Below the pieces are notes generated by a model that worked only from the letters and a program-made list of their open reading frames with translations, did not search any database and was not told where the DNA came from. 64,000 bases of DNA from a plasmid, in the sequence record NZ_KX443406.1; one strand, given 5' to 3'. The position numbers and the translations under genes were made by a program. Shown here in pieces: positions 1 to 9,179 of this stretch (position 1 is its first letter; each line of letters opens with the position of its first letter).

Positions 1-705
1 GTGGTCTGCCATTCACGCAAGGGCGGCGTCGGCAAGTCGACGATCGCCTACGAACTCGCCTGGTTGCTCGATGCGCCGCTGGTCGACCTCGAGAACGACG
101 GTGGCGGCGTGACCCGAAAGTGGGGTTACCGGCCGGAGGAACGCACTCGATCCATCCTGCTGGACGCGCTGCGAACGGGCCGCACACCCAAGCCGCTCAA
201 GGGCCACATGAAGGCCCGCCTGGTGCCCGGACATCCCGACCTGGCGGACTTCCCTCCCAGCGAGAACGAGATGGCCGAGGCACTGCTCAAGTGGGGCGCG
301 GAATGGGATACCGACTGGATCGTCGTCGACACCCATCCTGGCGCAGGCCCCCATACTCACGGCGCGCTCTCAGTCGCCAACGTCGTCATCGCACCGTGCC
401 CGCTGCGCACGCTCGACCTCGACGCGACCGAGCAGCTCGTCCACGAGATGCCCGACTATCCGGTCGTGATCGTCCCGAACATGGTGCCCCGTATCCCCTC
501 GGCGGCTGAGATCAACCGACTCTCACGGATCGTTGAGGGAACTCCCGTGCAGGTCGGGCCCCTGATCCCTGAGGTGCGAGCAGTCGGAACCCGCAAGAAG
601 CGGGTGGCGATCACCGCCGAGCCCAAGCCCGCCAAGGCCCTTCAACCGGTCGCCGACGCGATGGAAGCCCTCGCCGAGTACGTGAAGGAGTACGTCAATG
701 ACTGA
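1..705 (+). CDS. parA: ParA/MinD-family partition ATPase (5'-partial at window edge)
   Basis: Deviant Walker A KGGVGKST near the N-terminus; the 3' end overlaps the next gene by ATGA. Confidence 0.8.
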   Translation: MVCHSRKGGVGKSTIAYELAWLLDAPLVDLENDGGGVTRKWGYRPEERTRSILLDALRTGRTPKPLKGHMKARLVPGHPDLADFPPSENEMAEALLKWGAEWDTDWIVVDTHPGAGPHTHGALSVANVVIAPCPLRTLDLDATEQLVHEMPDYPVVIVPNMVPRIPSAAEINRLSRIVEGTPVQVGPLIPEVRAVGTRKKRVAITAEPKPAKALQPVADAMEALAEYVKEYVND

Positions 706-1180
706 CGGACTTAGCCAGCTCAATAGCCGGCGACAGGCGGGACGGCGAGTGCCGCCGTCGCAGAACCCTGTCCGTGTGAACCCCGCCGCAGCGACCAACC
801 CCGACGCCGCCGCGACCGCTCCGGGTCCCACGCCACAGCCAGCGCCGACACCGCAGGCCGCCGCGGTGCCGCAGCCCGCCCCAGCACCTGTCCAGGCGAA
901 AAGGGCTGCTCCCAAGCCCTCTGCAACCACACCGGCTCCGCCGGCCGAAGATCCGCTCGTCTCCGCGACCGTCTACCTGTCGACTTCAAACGATGAGTTC
1001 CTCGAGGACGTCAAGCGAGCCGGCCGCCGCAATCAGCCCAAGATCGACGCGAACCGTTCCGCCGTAGTGCGCCTGGCGCTCACCCGCCTCGCGGAGCAGA
1101 TGTCGCCCGAGCAGGTCGCCCAGGAGCTCTCCGCACGAGCGGGCCGCCTTCCCGGTACGACCGGCCGCACACGGCTCTAG
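698..1180 (+). CDS. Small partition/RHH-type DNA-binding protein (ParG/CopG-like) with Pro/Ala-rich linker
   Basis: Translationally coupled to parA (ATGA overlap). C-terminal NRSAVVRLALTRLAEQMS is reminiscent of a ribbon-helix-helix; the centre is low-complexity Pro/Ala. Confidence 0.5.
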   Translation: MTDGLSQLNSRRQAGRRVPPSQNPVRVNPAAATNPDAAATAPGPTPQPAPTPQAAAVPQPAPAPVQAKRAAPKPSATTPAPPAEDPLVSATVYLSTSNDEFLEDVKRAGRRNQPKIDANRSAVVRLALTRLAEQMSPEQVAQELSARAGRLPGTTGRTRL

Positions 1181-1196
1181 CCCCACCCGCATAAGA

Positions 1197-1233
1197 GGCC
1201 CCGGAAGCAGCCCCACCGCTTCCGGGGCCTTTT
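1197..1233 (+). terminator. Rho-independent terminator after the partition operon
   Basis: 12-bp perfect stem GGCCCCGGAAGC/GCTTCCGGGGCC with a 9-nt loop, followed by TTTTGG. Confidence 0.65.
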
Positions 1234-1340
1234 GGCGTTTCCAGACCCCCACCTGGCCGTCTCGCTGGACGGCAGGCCGCTCGACGGCCAAGCCTGCACA
1301 ACCGCTGGCCGTTGTGCAGGCGGAAGTCCTTGCATTCTCG

Positions 1341-1495
1341 CCATTGCAACGGCAAGACGCCTTGCCTCCCTGCCGTTGCAACAGTTTGCCTTTCCAACGC
1401 GAAACGTTCTTACTGTTGCAATGTTTAACCGTTGTAGCGTTACAACATTTCAAGCGTTAGCATGTGAACCGTTACACGGTTTTGACGTTACGCAG
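1341..1495. repeat. Cluster of about 8 CGTTRYAACG-type short palindromic/iteron repeats (candidate centromere or iteron array)
   Basis: CATTGCAACGG, CCGTTGCAACAG, CTGTTGCAATG, CCGTTGTAGCGTTACAAC, CCGTTACACGG, GACGTTACG and CGGTTACGA lie within 155 bp in a non-coding stretch after parA/RHH. Confidence 0.5.
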
Positions 1496-1822
1496 TCTCG
1501 GCGGCCTCTCGGTTACGATCACCGAGAACCATCGCAGGCCTCGAAGCTTCACGGCGCGAGGACCGTGACGGCGAGTTGCAGCAGATGTGCGACAGCAGGA
1601 CGCCTCGAAACGGGCCACCACCAGCGTCTTCTCGCAAGAGGGGCCGCGAAAACGGTGGGACGACTCGATCGACCCCATGCGACCGCGCACCGATGCAGGC
1701 GGACTCCAGGGCAGCCAGCACGAACGGCCCAGGATTCTTGCTCGCCTCTCACATGCGAAGCGTCACCTGAGAATTCGCAACGCCTCCACGACGACGAGAC
1801 ACCACGACAGCGAGGATTCCCG

Positions 1823-2803
1823 ATGCTCCGAAAAGGACCACGATCCGATTCGCATCAGCCCACACGCAACGCGAAAGCCGCGAACCCGGACCAGAAGCAA
1901 AGCCCCGCATTCTGGGCCGCCCTGACGCTGACGTCGATGATCTGCCTCGCATCGTTCATCCTGTCGTTCGTGGCTCTGGCCGACTTGCTGCACATGACAG
2001 GCCAGCCGCGAGAGCTGTCCTACCTGTTCCCCGTCATCATCGACGGCACAATCCTGCAGGCCACCATCTCGATCCTGTGGCTCGCCGGGAACGACGATCG
2101 CGGGAAGGAGCGGAGGTTCTTCTGGACCGTCCTGGCCGTCGCCGCCGGCGTCAGCATCGCAGGCAACGCCCTCCATGCATGGGTCTCTCACGCGCCCGAT
2201 TTCGACCCACTGCTCGCCGCGGCGATCTCGACCATTCCGCCGATCTCGCTGCTCGCAGCCAGCCACGGCCTGACCATCCTGGCTCGAACGCCGAAGAGGG
2301 CGCCAGCGGGGGAGGGGAGTAGTGGCACCTCTTCGCCCCTTACGACCATCTCTGACGAATCCGTTCGTGACGCCCCCGAGGCTGAGCTCGTAGTCGCAGG
2401 AATGGATCCCAAGCCCCAGCGTCTCGCCACCCCCGCGGTTATGGCGGACGCACAGGACCAGGCCGCTGCACCGCGCATCGAAAAGGCGAGCGCCAGTGAA
2501 GGGCACGGCGTAGAGACCGTCGGCATGGAAGACGAAGCAGGTTTCTTCGCGAGTCGTCCCGACGCACACCCACTGCCGCAAGAGATCCCGACAGTCACGT
2601 CCACCACCCCGCCCCGCGACCCTGTCGCAGTCGACCTCAGCACAGCGACAACCGATCAGCTACGCGACTACGCACTCCGCAGGAAGGCGCTGGGTATCAA
2701 ACCCAAGGAGATCGCGGTCGAAGTCAACCGGAACATCAGCACCGTCTACCGGTGGATCGACGACGCCGCGAAGTCCGCCGGCGACCCGCAACTCGTCCGG
2801 TAG
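1823..2803 (+). CDS. DUF2637-like integral membrane protein with C-terminal helix-turn-helix
   Basis: ATG 1823 with a GAGGA RBS; four predicted TM helices (FWAALTLTSMICLASFILSF...). The C-terminal LRDYALRRKALGIKPKEIAVEVNRNISTVYRWI is HTH-like. The 1232-1822 extension of the track ORF is rejected because it overlaps the iteron cluster. Confidence 0.5.
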   Translation: MLRKGPRSDSHQPTRNAKAANPDQKQSPAFWAALTLTSMICLASFILSFVALADLLHMTGQPRELSYLFPVIIDGTILQATISILWLAGNDDRGKERRFFWTVLAVAAGVSIAGNALHAWVSHAPDFDPLLAAAISTIPPISLLAASHGLTILARTPKRAPAGEGSSGTSSPLTTISDESVRDAPEAELVVAGMDPKPQRLATPAVMADAQDQAAAPRIEKASASEGHGVETVGMEDEAGFFASRPDAHPLPQEIPTVTSTTPPRDPVAVDLSTATTDQLRDYALRRKALGIKPKEIAVEVNRNISTVYRWIDDAAKSAGDPQLVR

Positions 2804-2917
2804 AAAACTCGAGGACTCGAGCGACACGCCCGGCGGCCACCGAATGTCAGACACTCAGTATCGCTGGCCGTAAGGTCGTCCCGGAACAAGGACCGAACCT
2901 GGTCGGAAGGGAGTGGA

Positions 2918-3127
2918 ATGACCTCGGCAACGCGCGAAGAGCGACCGTACCGTCGACTTAATCCCCACAGCAACGCGCCTACCTCTCCCCGGCGGACAGT
3001 CCGGTTCCCGGACGTCATCGACCAGGAACTCGAGGCGCTCTCGGACGAGACGGGCCGCTCCGTCTCCAAACTGATCCGCGAGGCCGTGACCTCGTTCATC
3101 GCAGACGCGAAGAAGGAAGCGAGCTAA
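2918..3127 (+). CDS. Ribbon-helix-helix (CopG/ParD-like) DNA-binding protein
   Basis: RTVRFPDVIDQELEALSDETGRSVSKLIREAV is a canonical RHH beta-strand plus helix; RBS GGAAGGGAG. Confidence 0.6.
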   Translation: MTSATREERPYRRLNPHSNAPTSPRRTVRFPDVIDQELEALSDETGRSVSKLIREAVTSFIADAKKEAS

Positions 3128-3337
3128 CAAGCCCCAGAAATGCCAAACCCCCCGGCTGCCACCGAGGGGTCCGACAATTGAAGATCAGATACACGCTCGA
3201 GCAGGCGACCCACCAAGCGGCATCCAGATTGTCCATCGCCGATATTACAGGGTCGCCGGTAGCTCGACTAGTCATACGTGCCTGCCAGCATCGGCGTGTC
3301 TCCGGTCTTCTTCTCACAACGAGAGGAATTACCCACC

Positions 3338-4255
3338 GTGGTGACGACCCACAGCTCCAATGAGCCGATCCTGACCTGGCTATCCGCTGTACGCAGCAAG
3401 GCCAGCGACCTCCCGCACAGCGCACGGTCCGTCGCGCTCGCAATCCTCACGCACGTCCACCCTGAAACGGGAATGACACCGCCGCTCAGCTACGCGGCCC
3501 TGCAGCAGGAGGCCGGTTGCTCTCGCGGCACCCTGGTCGCCGCCCTGCGCCGCCTCGACGACGCCGGGATGATCCGTCGATTCGGCGCCCACCAGCAACT
3601 GAACGTCTACTCGTTGGCTGTGGATAACTCGCTGGCCAGCGCTGTCGAACCCGGTACAGAATTCGCACCGACCCCGGTACAGCCGCTGACCGCTGCGGAC
3701 CACGTCGGCAGCGATTCCGCACCGACCCCGGTCCAAATTTTGCACCACGAGAAAGAGCTTTTCTCTTCCTCTTCTCCTTCTCTCTCCTCGGTTGACCCCG
3801 ATGCCCTGGGGACCGCTGCCCCGATCCCGCTGCCGCGGGACTGGGCACCGAATCCCCAGCATCTGCGCCGCGTCGCCGCACGAGGCCTCGACCTCGCGGC
3901 CGTGGTCGAAGCGTTCCGCCAGTACGCGGACGGGAAGACTCGCACGGGCGTCGACAAGTGGGACAAGGCGTTCGGCTGGTGGCTCAAGCCCGGCGAGGGC
4001 TGGGACAAGCACGTCGCCACACGGGCCGCAGCCGCCACTGCGCCATCGGAGCAGGCCTCTGCCAGCGAGGAGACGCCCGTCAAGCGCACGAACCACCGTG
4101 GGATCAGCACCGTAATGCGCACACTGCAAGCCCAGGGCATCTCTGGCGCACGTGTTAGGGATCGGGTGGTCGAACTCCTCGACCAGGGCACCCCGGTCTA
4201 CGAGATCGCGGGCATGATCGAGAACGAACTCTTCGCGCTACCTGTGGGGGCCTAA
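3338..4255 (+). CDS. Winged-helix DNA-binding protein, possible plasmid/phage replication initiator
   Basis: GTG 3338 after a GAGAGG RBS. N-terminal wHTH (SARSVALAILTHVHPETGMTPPLSYAALQQEAGCSRGTLVAALRRLDDAGMI); internal 20-bp direct repeat encoding F/SAPTPVQ twice. Confidence 0.45.
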   Translation: MVTTHSSNEPILTWLSAVRSKASDLPHSARSVALAILTHVHPETGMTPPLSYAALQQEAGCSRGTLVAALRRLDDAGMIRRFGAHQQLNVYSLAVDNSLASAVEPGTEFAPTPVQPLTAADHVGSDSAPTPVQILHHEKELFSSSSPSLSSVDPDALGTAAPIPLPRDWAPNPQHLRRVAARGLDLAAVVEAFRQYADGKTRTGVDKWDKAFGWWLKPGEGWDKHVATRAAAATAPSEQASASEETPVKRTNHRGISTVMRTLQAQGISGARVRDRVVELLDQGTPVYEIAGMIENELFALPVGA

Positions 4256-4313
4256 CACCCGCGACGAAGGAGGGGGCTCGCGTGAGGTACTCGGCGATCG
4301 ACGCCGCCAGAGT

Positions 4314-4781
4314 GTGGGTGGGGGAGCAGCTGCGTTACCCGCAGCGGATCCCGCGGACGACCACGGTCCTCATTGGAGTGCGATTCCGTGGACGCTGCAA
4401 CGGCGTCTCGAGGACGTCGCCCGCGCCAGTGGGACCATCGACTTCGGGTCATTGCCCCGGCGGCGATGGTTCTCGACCCGGTCGGCGCTGTCCGCGAGTG
4501 ACCACACGACAGTCGCCAGCGCGAGCACGATGCTCCATTGGCCGACGCACGCCGATACCGACGAGACCCGGATCGTCACTCTCGCCGAAGGTGTCGTGGA
4601 CCGAACCGCATCTCACCCCGCATGGACGATCCCCGCGGTGGGTGGCCGCCGATCGGTGATCGGGCTCCACATGGAGCTGCACGCGATCGCAGCCGCCGCG
4701 AACGAGTTGCTGACCCTTCGCAGCTCGACCCCGGATCTGCCGACTGCGGCCGGCGTTGCGACGCAGTCCCGAGAGGAATAG
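4314..4781 (+). CDS. Hypothetical protein (ends at an in-frame TAG followed by an open coiled-coil-encoding frame)
   Basis: ORF track; see finding on 4314-5080. Confidence 0.3.
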   Translation: MGGGAAALPAADPADDHGPHWSAIPWTLQRRLEDVARASGTIDFGSLPRRRWFSTRSALSASDHTTVASASTMLHWPTHADTDETRIVTLAEGVVDRTASHPAWTIPAVGGRRSVIGLHMELHAIAAAANELLTLRSSTPDLPTAAGVATQSREE

Positions 4782-5384
4782 AACCGTCGTCAGGTCCTCT
4801 TCGCGCAGAGCCGTTCGGCACTCAGCGATCGCGTCGCAGCACTCCGTGTCGTCGAGGACGCCCTCGACCGCGTCCACTCCGTTGCCGAGGAGCTGAGAAC
4901 TGTCCAGCGCCTCTCCGCCGACACACACCTCGCCGAACAGCTCCACCAGCAGATGGCAGGCGCGGAGCTCGCGGCCGCCGATGCGCGCACCGCCGGCGAA
5001 CAGCTCGAAGAGGTCGAACAGAACCTTCGAGCGCAGGTGGACTACCTCGACACCCTCGTCTCGCGAACGCCGCGCCCCTGAGACCCGTAGAACGGCAAGA
5101 AGAAAGCCCCAGCCAGGGGGGATCGGCTGAGGCTTTCGTGCGAGTCCGCAGGACTCACTGGCTGAATCGGGGGGGATTCAAACTGCCGCCCGCAGTCTAC
5201 CGTCACCACCCGACAAGACCGAGGCGCGTGACCAAGATCGCCAACCCGATGCCACGCGTTCGAACGACAGTGCTGCCGCGGCACCGCTACGCGCCGCCTT
5301 GCCATCTATCACTCCCTGGTCACCAGAGCGCGGAGGCCGCGACGGCGCAGTGCCGGCGGGTAGAGTCACCTCGATCAATCCGCT

Positions 5385-5425
5385 GGGGCAGCCAGGCCCA
5401 AGCACGAACCCGGAAGGGAACTTTC
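5385..5425 (+). promoter_or_regulatory. Conserved leader copy 1 (GGGCagccagGCCC hairpin + CCCGGAAGGGAAC RBS block)
   Basis: Diverged copy of the motif found at 5893, 9137 and 14500; directly precedes ATG 5426. Confidence 0.5.
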
Positions 5426-5797
5426 ATGGCCGACACGGACCGCCGCTCCGGCGCAGAACTGCGCGCTCGACGGGAGCTGCTCGGCCTCAACGCGCAGGAG
5501 ACCGCCGCACTACTCGGTGTCGACGAACGCGTGATCCGAAGATGGGAACAAGGCAAGCCCATCCCCGAAGGAGTCGTCGCCGAACTCGCGCAACTCGAAC
5601 AGGTCCAGGACGACGTGATCCGGGAACTCGAAGACGCCGGCAAAGACAGTGGCGTCATCACCACCTACAAGGGCGACGGCGTCGTACCCGACCGCCCCGA
5701 ACTGCCTGCCCGCTGGCACCGCGTCGCGGCCGCAACCGCGGTCCGCAACCTCGCAGCCGAGGGAGTCGACACCCGAATCATCTACGCCGAAAGCTGA
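5426..5797 (+). CDS. XRE-family (Cro/CI-type) HTH transcriptional regulator
   Basis: LRARRELLGLNAQETAALLGVDERVIRRWEQGK is a classic HTH_XRE; RBS GGAAGGGAA. Confidence 0.7.
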   Translation: MADTDRRSGAELRARRELLGLNAQETAALLGVDERVIRRWEQGKPIPEGVVAELAQLEQVQDDVIRELEDAGKDSGVITTYKGDGVVPDRPELPARWHRVAAATAVRNLAAEGVDTRIIYAES

Positions 5798-5841
5798 CTA
5801 CCAGGCGATACGTGCGGATCCGGTCCGTTCTGGCATTGTGC

Positions 5842-5881
5842 CGTTACAACGATTGAACGGCTAAACGTTGTAACGTAGAAT
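5842..5881 (+). promoter_or_regulatory. Promoter (-35 TTGAAC 5853-5858, 17-bp spacer, -10 TAGAAT 5876-5881) flanked by inverted operator half-sites CGTTACAACG / CGTTGTAACG
   Basis: Near-consensus hexamers; perfect 10-bp inverted repeat straddling the -35. Confidence 0.55.
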
Positions 5882-5892
5882 GGTTGTAGCGA

Positions 5893-5938
5893 GCAGGGCA
5901 TCAGGCCCAGCTCACGATCCCCGGGAAGGGGACTCCTC
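5893..5938 (+). promoter_or_regulatory. Conserved leader copy 2 (GGGCATCAGGCCC hairpin at 5896-5908 + CCCGGGAAGGGGACTCC RBS block)
   Basis: Sequence identity with copies 3 and 4. Confidence 0.55.
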
Positions 5939-6130
5939 ATGCACGACTATGTCGTGGCGATCAGCCATCGCGACGGTGACCACGTCGGCTCCGTCAAAGT
6001 CTCAGCAGCGTCAGCGCCCGATGCGGCGGACGCCGGAATCTTGACCATGCTCGACGGGCGGCCGTTGCCGTCGAGCGACTACCGGGCGATCGCCGTTCCG
6101 CTGCGCCAGCTCGCACCGGCCTCCCACTGA
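5939..6130 (+). CDS. Small hypothetical protein (63 aa)
   Basis: ORF immediately after leader copy 2 and its promoter. Confidence 0.45.
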   Translation: MHDYVVAISHRDGDHVGSVKVSAASAPDAADAGILTMLDGRPLPSSDYRAIAVPLRQLAPASH

Positions 6131-6207
6131 CCTTCGGATCGGCGGGGCGCCCGACGGCAAGCCCCGCCGATCCCTCTCCTTGACCAGCCCTGGAAAGGGA
6201 CACGGCA

Positions 6208-7206
6208 ATGAATCTTGCAATCGAATCATCCGGCACCCCAACGGACGAGCTGTTCAACAACCTCTCGAACATCCTCAGCACCGTCGCGTGGGCCGGCATG
6301 GCTCTCGGGGTCATCATCATGGTCGTCAGCATGGGTCGGTTGGCTTTCGCCTACGACTCCTACGCCTGGTCCAGTGCCCTTCGCGGAATCATCGGGGGAG
6401 TGGGAGCCATCGTCGGCTTCGGACTCGCCGCACTACTCGGTGCGGCCGGCTCCGCCTCCGACGCTCCCGCCGAGCCAGCAGAATCAGAACCGTCCCCGGC
6501 TCCGCAGCCGGTTCCGATCCCGACCCCGGCCCCTGATCCGACCCCGACTGACGTCGGCGACTCCACCCCCGCTGGTTTCGACATCAATCCCATGATCCTG
6601 CTCGCTGCCTTCGGCGCGATCGGGTTCGTCGTCGTCACCTGGTTCGCCGTGTCCAACTTGCGAGCCCGCCGCGCCGAGCGCCGCGAGGAGCGAGAAGCCC
6701 GCGAGCGCGACTGGGCGACCGGTCAGGCCGTGTACAAGGGCGTCCTCGACGACTACAGCGCCTATCTGCTCGATCCCTTCGCGTGGCTCCAACGGCCCAT
6801 CCTCGAAGACGTCGACGAGCCGCTGACGGCCGCGTTCCTCGAAGCGCTCGCCCACGCCCAGGCGCTCGACCTCGACGTCGTCCCCGCCGACCAGAACCGA
6901 ATCGACCAGTTCCGCACCGCGGCCCACGAACTCCGGGCAGCCTGGGACAAGGCCGACGAGAACGCCCGCCGCATCGGCACCAGCATCTACGAGCGGTCCA
7001 GCCGCAACAAGCTCCGCAAGGCCGCCTACGCGCTCCGCACCGCACTCGACACCTCCGCCACCGCAGCAGAGCGTCAAGCCGCCACCGAGACCGTCAAGCG
7101 ACTGACAGACGGCCTGGTCAAAGCGCCCGAACGCGTCCTCAGTGCCGTCACCGCGGCCATCGACACAGCACGTCGCAAGGAACTCCCTGTCGGACTCAAC
7201 CAGTAG
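6208..7206 (+). CDS. Membrane protein with Pro-rich linker and C-terminal coiled-coil region (hypothetical)
   Basis: RBS GGAAAGGGA; two or three TM segments; PAPQPVPIPTPAPDPTPT linker. Confidence 0.55.
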   Translation: MNLAIESSGTPTDELFNNLSNILSTVAWAGMALGVIIMVVSMGRLAFAYDSYAWSSALRGIIGGVGAIVGFGLAALLGAAGSASDAPAEPAESEPSPAPQPVPIPTPAPDPTPTDVGDSTPAGFDINPMILLAAFGAIGFVVVTWFAVSNLRARRAERREEREARERDWATGQAVYKGVLDDYSAYLLDPFAWLQRPILEDVDEPLTAAFLEALAHAQALDLDVVPADQNRIDQFRTAAHELRAAWDKADENARRIGTSIYERSSRNKLRKAAYALRTALDTSATAAERQAATETVKRLTDGLVKAPERVLSAVTAAIDTARRKELPVGLNQ

Positions 7207-7245
7207 CTTGTAGACCGAGCCCCCACCAGACGCAGAACGGACTCC

Positions 7246-7557
7246 ATGGATCAGATGAACGCATTCACATGGATCGGCCTCGCCCTCCTCATCGTCGGCG
7301 GCGGCATCGTGATCTGGGTGTCGCCGATGGTGCTCGCCCTACAAGCCAAGGGGCTTCCCGGAGGGAAGTACCGCACCCGGCACGGCATCGGGCTCGGGCT
7401 CGCCGCATTTGGCGCCATCCTGATGAACATCGGCACGCTGAGCTCGAGCGCCGGCGTCGCGATGAAGATCGCCGCCCTCGCGGCCGCAGTGATCCTGCTG
7501 GGAACACTGGTATGGGCCACTGTGCGGATGCGCGACCAGAGCGGAGCAGCTGAGTAA
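7246..7557 (+). CDS. Small integral membrane protein (103 aa, about 3 TM)
   Basis: Hydrophobic profile; followed by a terminator. Confidence 0.5.
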   Translation: MDQMNAFTWIGLALLIVGGGIVIWVSPMVLALQAKGLPGGKYRTRHGIGLGLAAFGAILMNIGTLSSSAGVAMKIAALAAAVILLGTLVWATVRMRDQSGAAE

Positions 7558-7573
7558 CCACCGGGACCGACAA

Positions 7574-7604
7574 GAAGGCGGGGCACATGCCCCGCCTTCT
7601 TTGT
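7574..7604. terminator. Bidirectional intrinsic terminator
   Basis: GAAGGCGGGGC-ACAT-GCCCCGCCTTC (11-bp stem) then TTTGTGTC; sits between convergent genes. Confidence 0.65.
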
Positions 7605-7622
7605 GTCTATATGGCTCCCGAT

Positions 7623-8198
7623 CTACTCCGGTGCGGGCGGCGGGGGCCCGATCACGGGGGGAGGGGGAGCCTTCGGCAGCGGCGGCAGCGGTTTGCCTCC
7701 CAGATATTCCAGGGCGTTTCGAACCAGTCCGGGTTCGGCCTCTGCGACGACGCGGCGGCGCTCCTTGATTCGCCGCCAGGTGCGTATGCGTCCGATCCTT
7801 GGGTGCCAGACCACGCTTTGAAGGTCCCACGCGGCCTCGCGCGATAACCGGGTTAGCTCCGGACCAATTTTGCCTGCGTCGTAGTCGAGAGGTTGATCTT
7901 CCGCATCTTGCAGGCTCTTCCACCACGCTACATATGCGAGCAGTTTGTAGTGCTCGACAACGTTTCTCGGGGTTGCGGCAACGATCGCCGCCTTCTCCAA
8001 CTCAGCGATCGCCTGCTGAAAGGGCGGGGCGTCCGGGAGGTCGCTGGGGCCGGCCCACCGAGCGGCCTCGCAGTCGGCCAATCGACGCAGGACCTCGCTG
8101 CGCACCTGCCGTCGCCCTTGGGCGCCGATCAAATACTGACCGACGAATGACCCGATACCGAGCGCGCCAAGGATGGATGCGAAAGCGGAGAGGTCCAC
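7623..8198 (-). CDS. Hypothetical protein with N-terminal TM helix and Pro-rich C-terminus
   Basis: ORF track; divergent from the 8243 gene. Confidence 0.45.
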   Translation of the reverse strand: MDLSAFASILGALGIGSFVGQYLIGAQGRRQVRSEVLRRLADCEAARWAGPSDLPDAPPFQQAIAELEKAAIVAATPRNVVEHYKLLAYVAWWKSLQDAEDQPLDYDAGKIGPELTRLSREAAWDLQSVVWHPRIGRIRTWRRIKERRRVVAEAEPGLVRNALEYLGGKPLPPLPKAPPPPVIGPPPPAPE

Positions 8199-8242
8199 CA
8201 GCGCAGACTAGCCCGCGCCGCGGCACAACTAGTGTCCTCGAG

Positions 8243-8893
8243 ATGACGACAGGTCGAGATGAAGGATCACGCTCGAAGTGGACGCGCGGTACTCGAATGT
8301 GGGGGGCCGCGACTGTCTTCGCGGTACTCGTCCTTTGGGGAGGCACGCAGCTGGCCATTGCACGGGGGCAAGATGTGGCCTGGTACACGGGATTCGGCCA
8401 GTGGCTCGGTGCGCTGGGTAGCCTGATCGCAGCCGCCGTAGCGTTGGGAATCGCCACCACGGACCGGCGCCAGGCCGCGAAGCTGCGGACGGCTGAGCAA
8501 GACGACCGCGACGCAGACCTAGCCCGCGAAGCAGGGCTGGTACGGATTCAAATCGAACACGTGCAGGATGGTGTTCCGCCGATGCCCGTGAAGGCCATCA
8601 CCGTGAGGAACTGGAGGCAGTCCCGACTGTTCGAAGTGGAACTGGTGAGGATCGCGGTGACCAGCGCGCAAACGAAGGCTGAGATCGGAAGTGTCCGGAT
8701 GCACTTCCCCAACGGTCGGAGCTGGGGGGTAAACAAGCATGACGTGAAGCTGACACCGATCGACCACGGGATGACTTTGTGGGTCTTCCCAATGAACGGT
8801 GCTGTGCCGAAATACGGGGCGCTCCAATACACCGATGAAGCCGGGCGGCGGTGGGAGGTCGACACCAAGGGGATCATCGCGCGGAAGCTGTAG
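8243..8893 (+). CDS. Hypothetical membrane-anchored protein
   Basis: ATG 8243 in frame with track ORF 7799-8893; hydrophobic N-terminal segment AATVFAVLVLWGG... The long upstream part of the track ORF is Arg/Pro low-complexity and overlaps the divergent gene. Confidence 0.45.
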   Translation: MTTGRDEGSRSKWTRGTRMWGAATVFAVLVLWGGTQLAIARGQDVAWYTGFGQWLGALGSLIAAAVALGIATTDRRQAAKLRTAEQDDRDADLAREAGLVRIQIEHVQDGVPPMPVKAITVRNWRQSRLFEVELVRIAVTSAQTKAEIGSVRMHFPNGRSWGVNKHDVKLTPIDHGMTLWVFPMNGAVPKYGALQYTDEAGRRWEVDTKGIIARKL

Positions 8894-9099
8894 GGACTGA
8901 GGTTCCTGCCCCGCCGGGTCGTCATTATCGCGGCGGCTCGTCGCTGCGTACCCCTGGCCCGCTCCGCTCTACCAGGGGCAATGCCTACCTGCGGCAGGTA
9001 CTGCACTCCTCGTCCACCGCACCATTCGTCTCTTGCCGGCGGGGCCGGGGAACGGTTGAAACAACACCGAAAAACAGGCCGCCATCAGGCATTACGTAT

Positions 9100-9127
9100 T
9101 GCAAACAGCTATATTGTTGGATAGAAT
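9100..9127 (+). promoter_or_regulatory. Promoter (-35 TTGCAA 9100-9105, 16-bp spacer, -10 TAGAAT 9122-9127)
   Basis: Near-consensus hexamers upstream of leader copy 3. Confidence 0.55.
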
Positions 9128-9136
9128 GAGAGGGCG

Positions 9137-9179
9137 GTAGGGCATCAGGCCCAGCCGCCGACACCCGGGAGGGAAACTC
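9137..9179 (+). promoter_or_regulatory. Conserved leader copy 3 (GGGCATCAGGCCC 9140-9152 + CCCGGGAGGGAAACTC)
   Basis: Sequence identity with copies 2 and 4. Confidence 0.55.

Noticed and set aside
1232-1822. N-terminal 197-codon extension of the DUF2637-like ORF in the track
   Set aside because: Covers the iteron-like repeat array and has poor coding character; an internal ATG with RBS at 1823 precedes the membrane domain.
7799-8242. Upstream 148 codons of track ORF 7799-8893
   Set aside because: Arg/Pro-rich low complexity and overlaps the divergent gene 7623-8198; ATG 8243 is the more plausible start.
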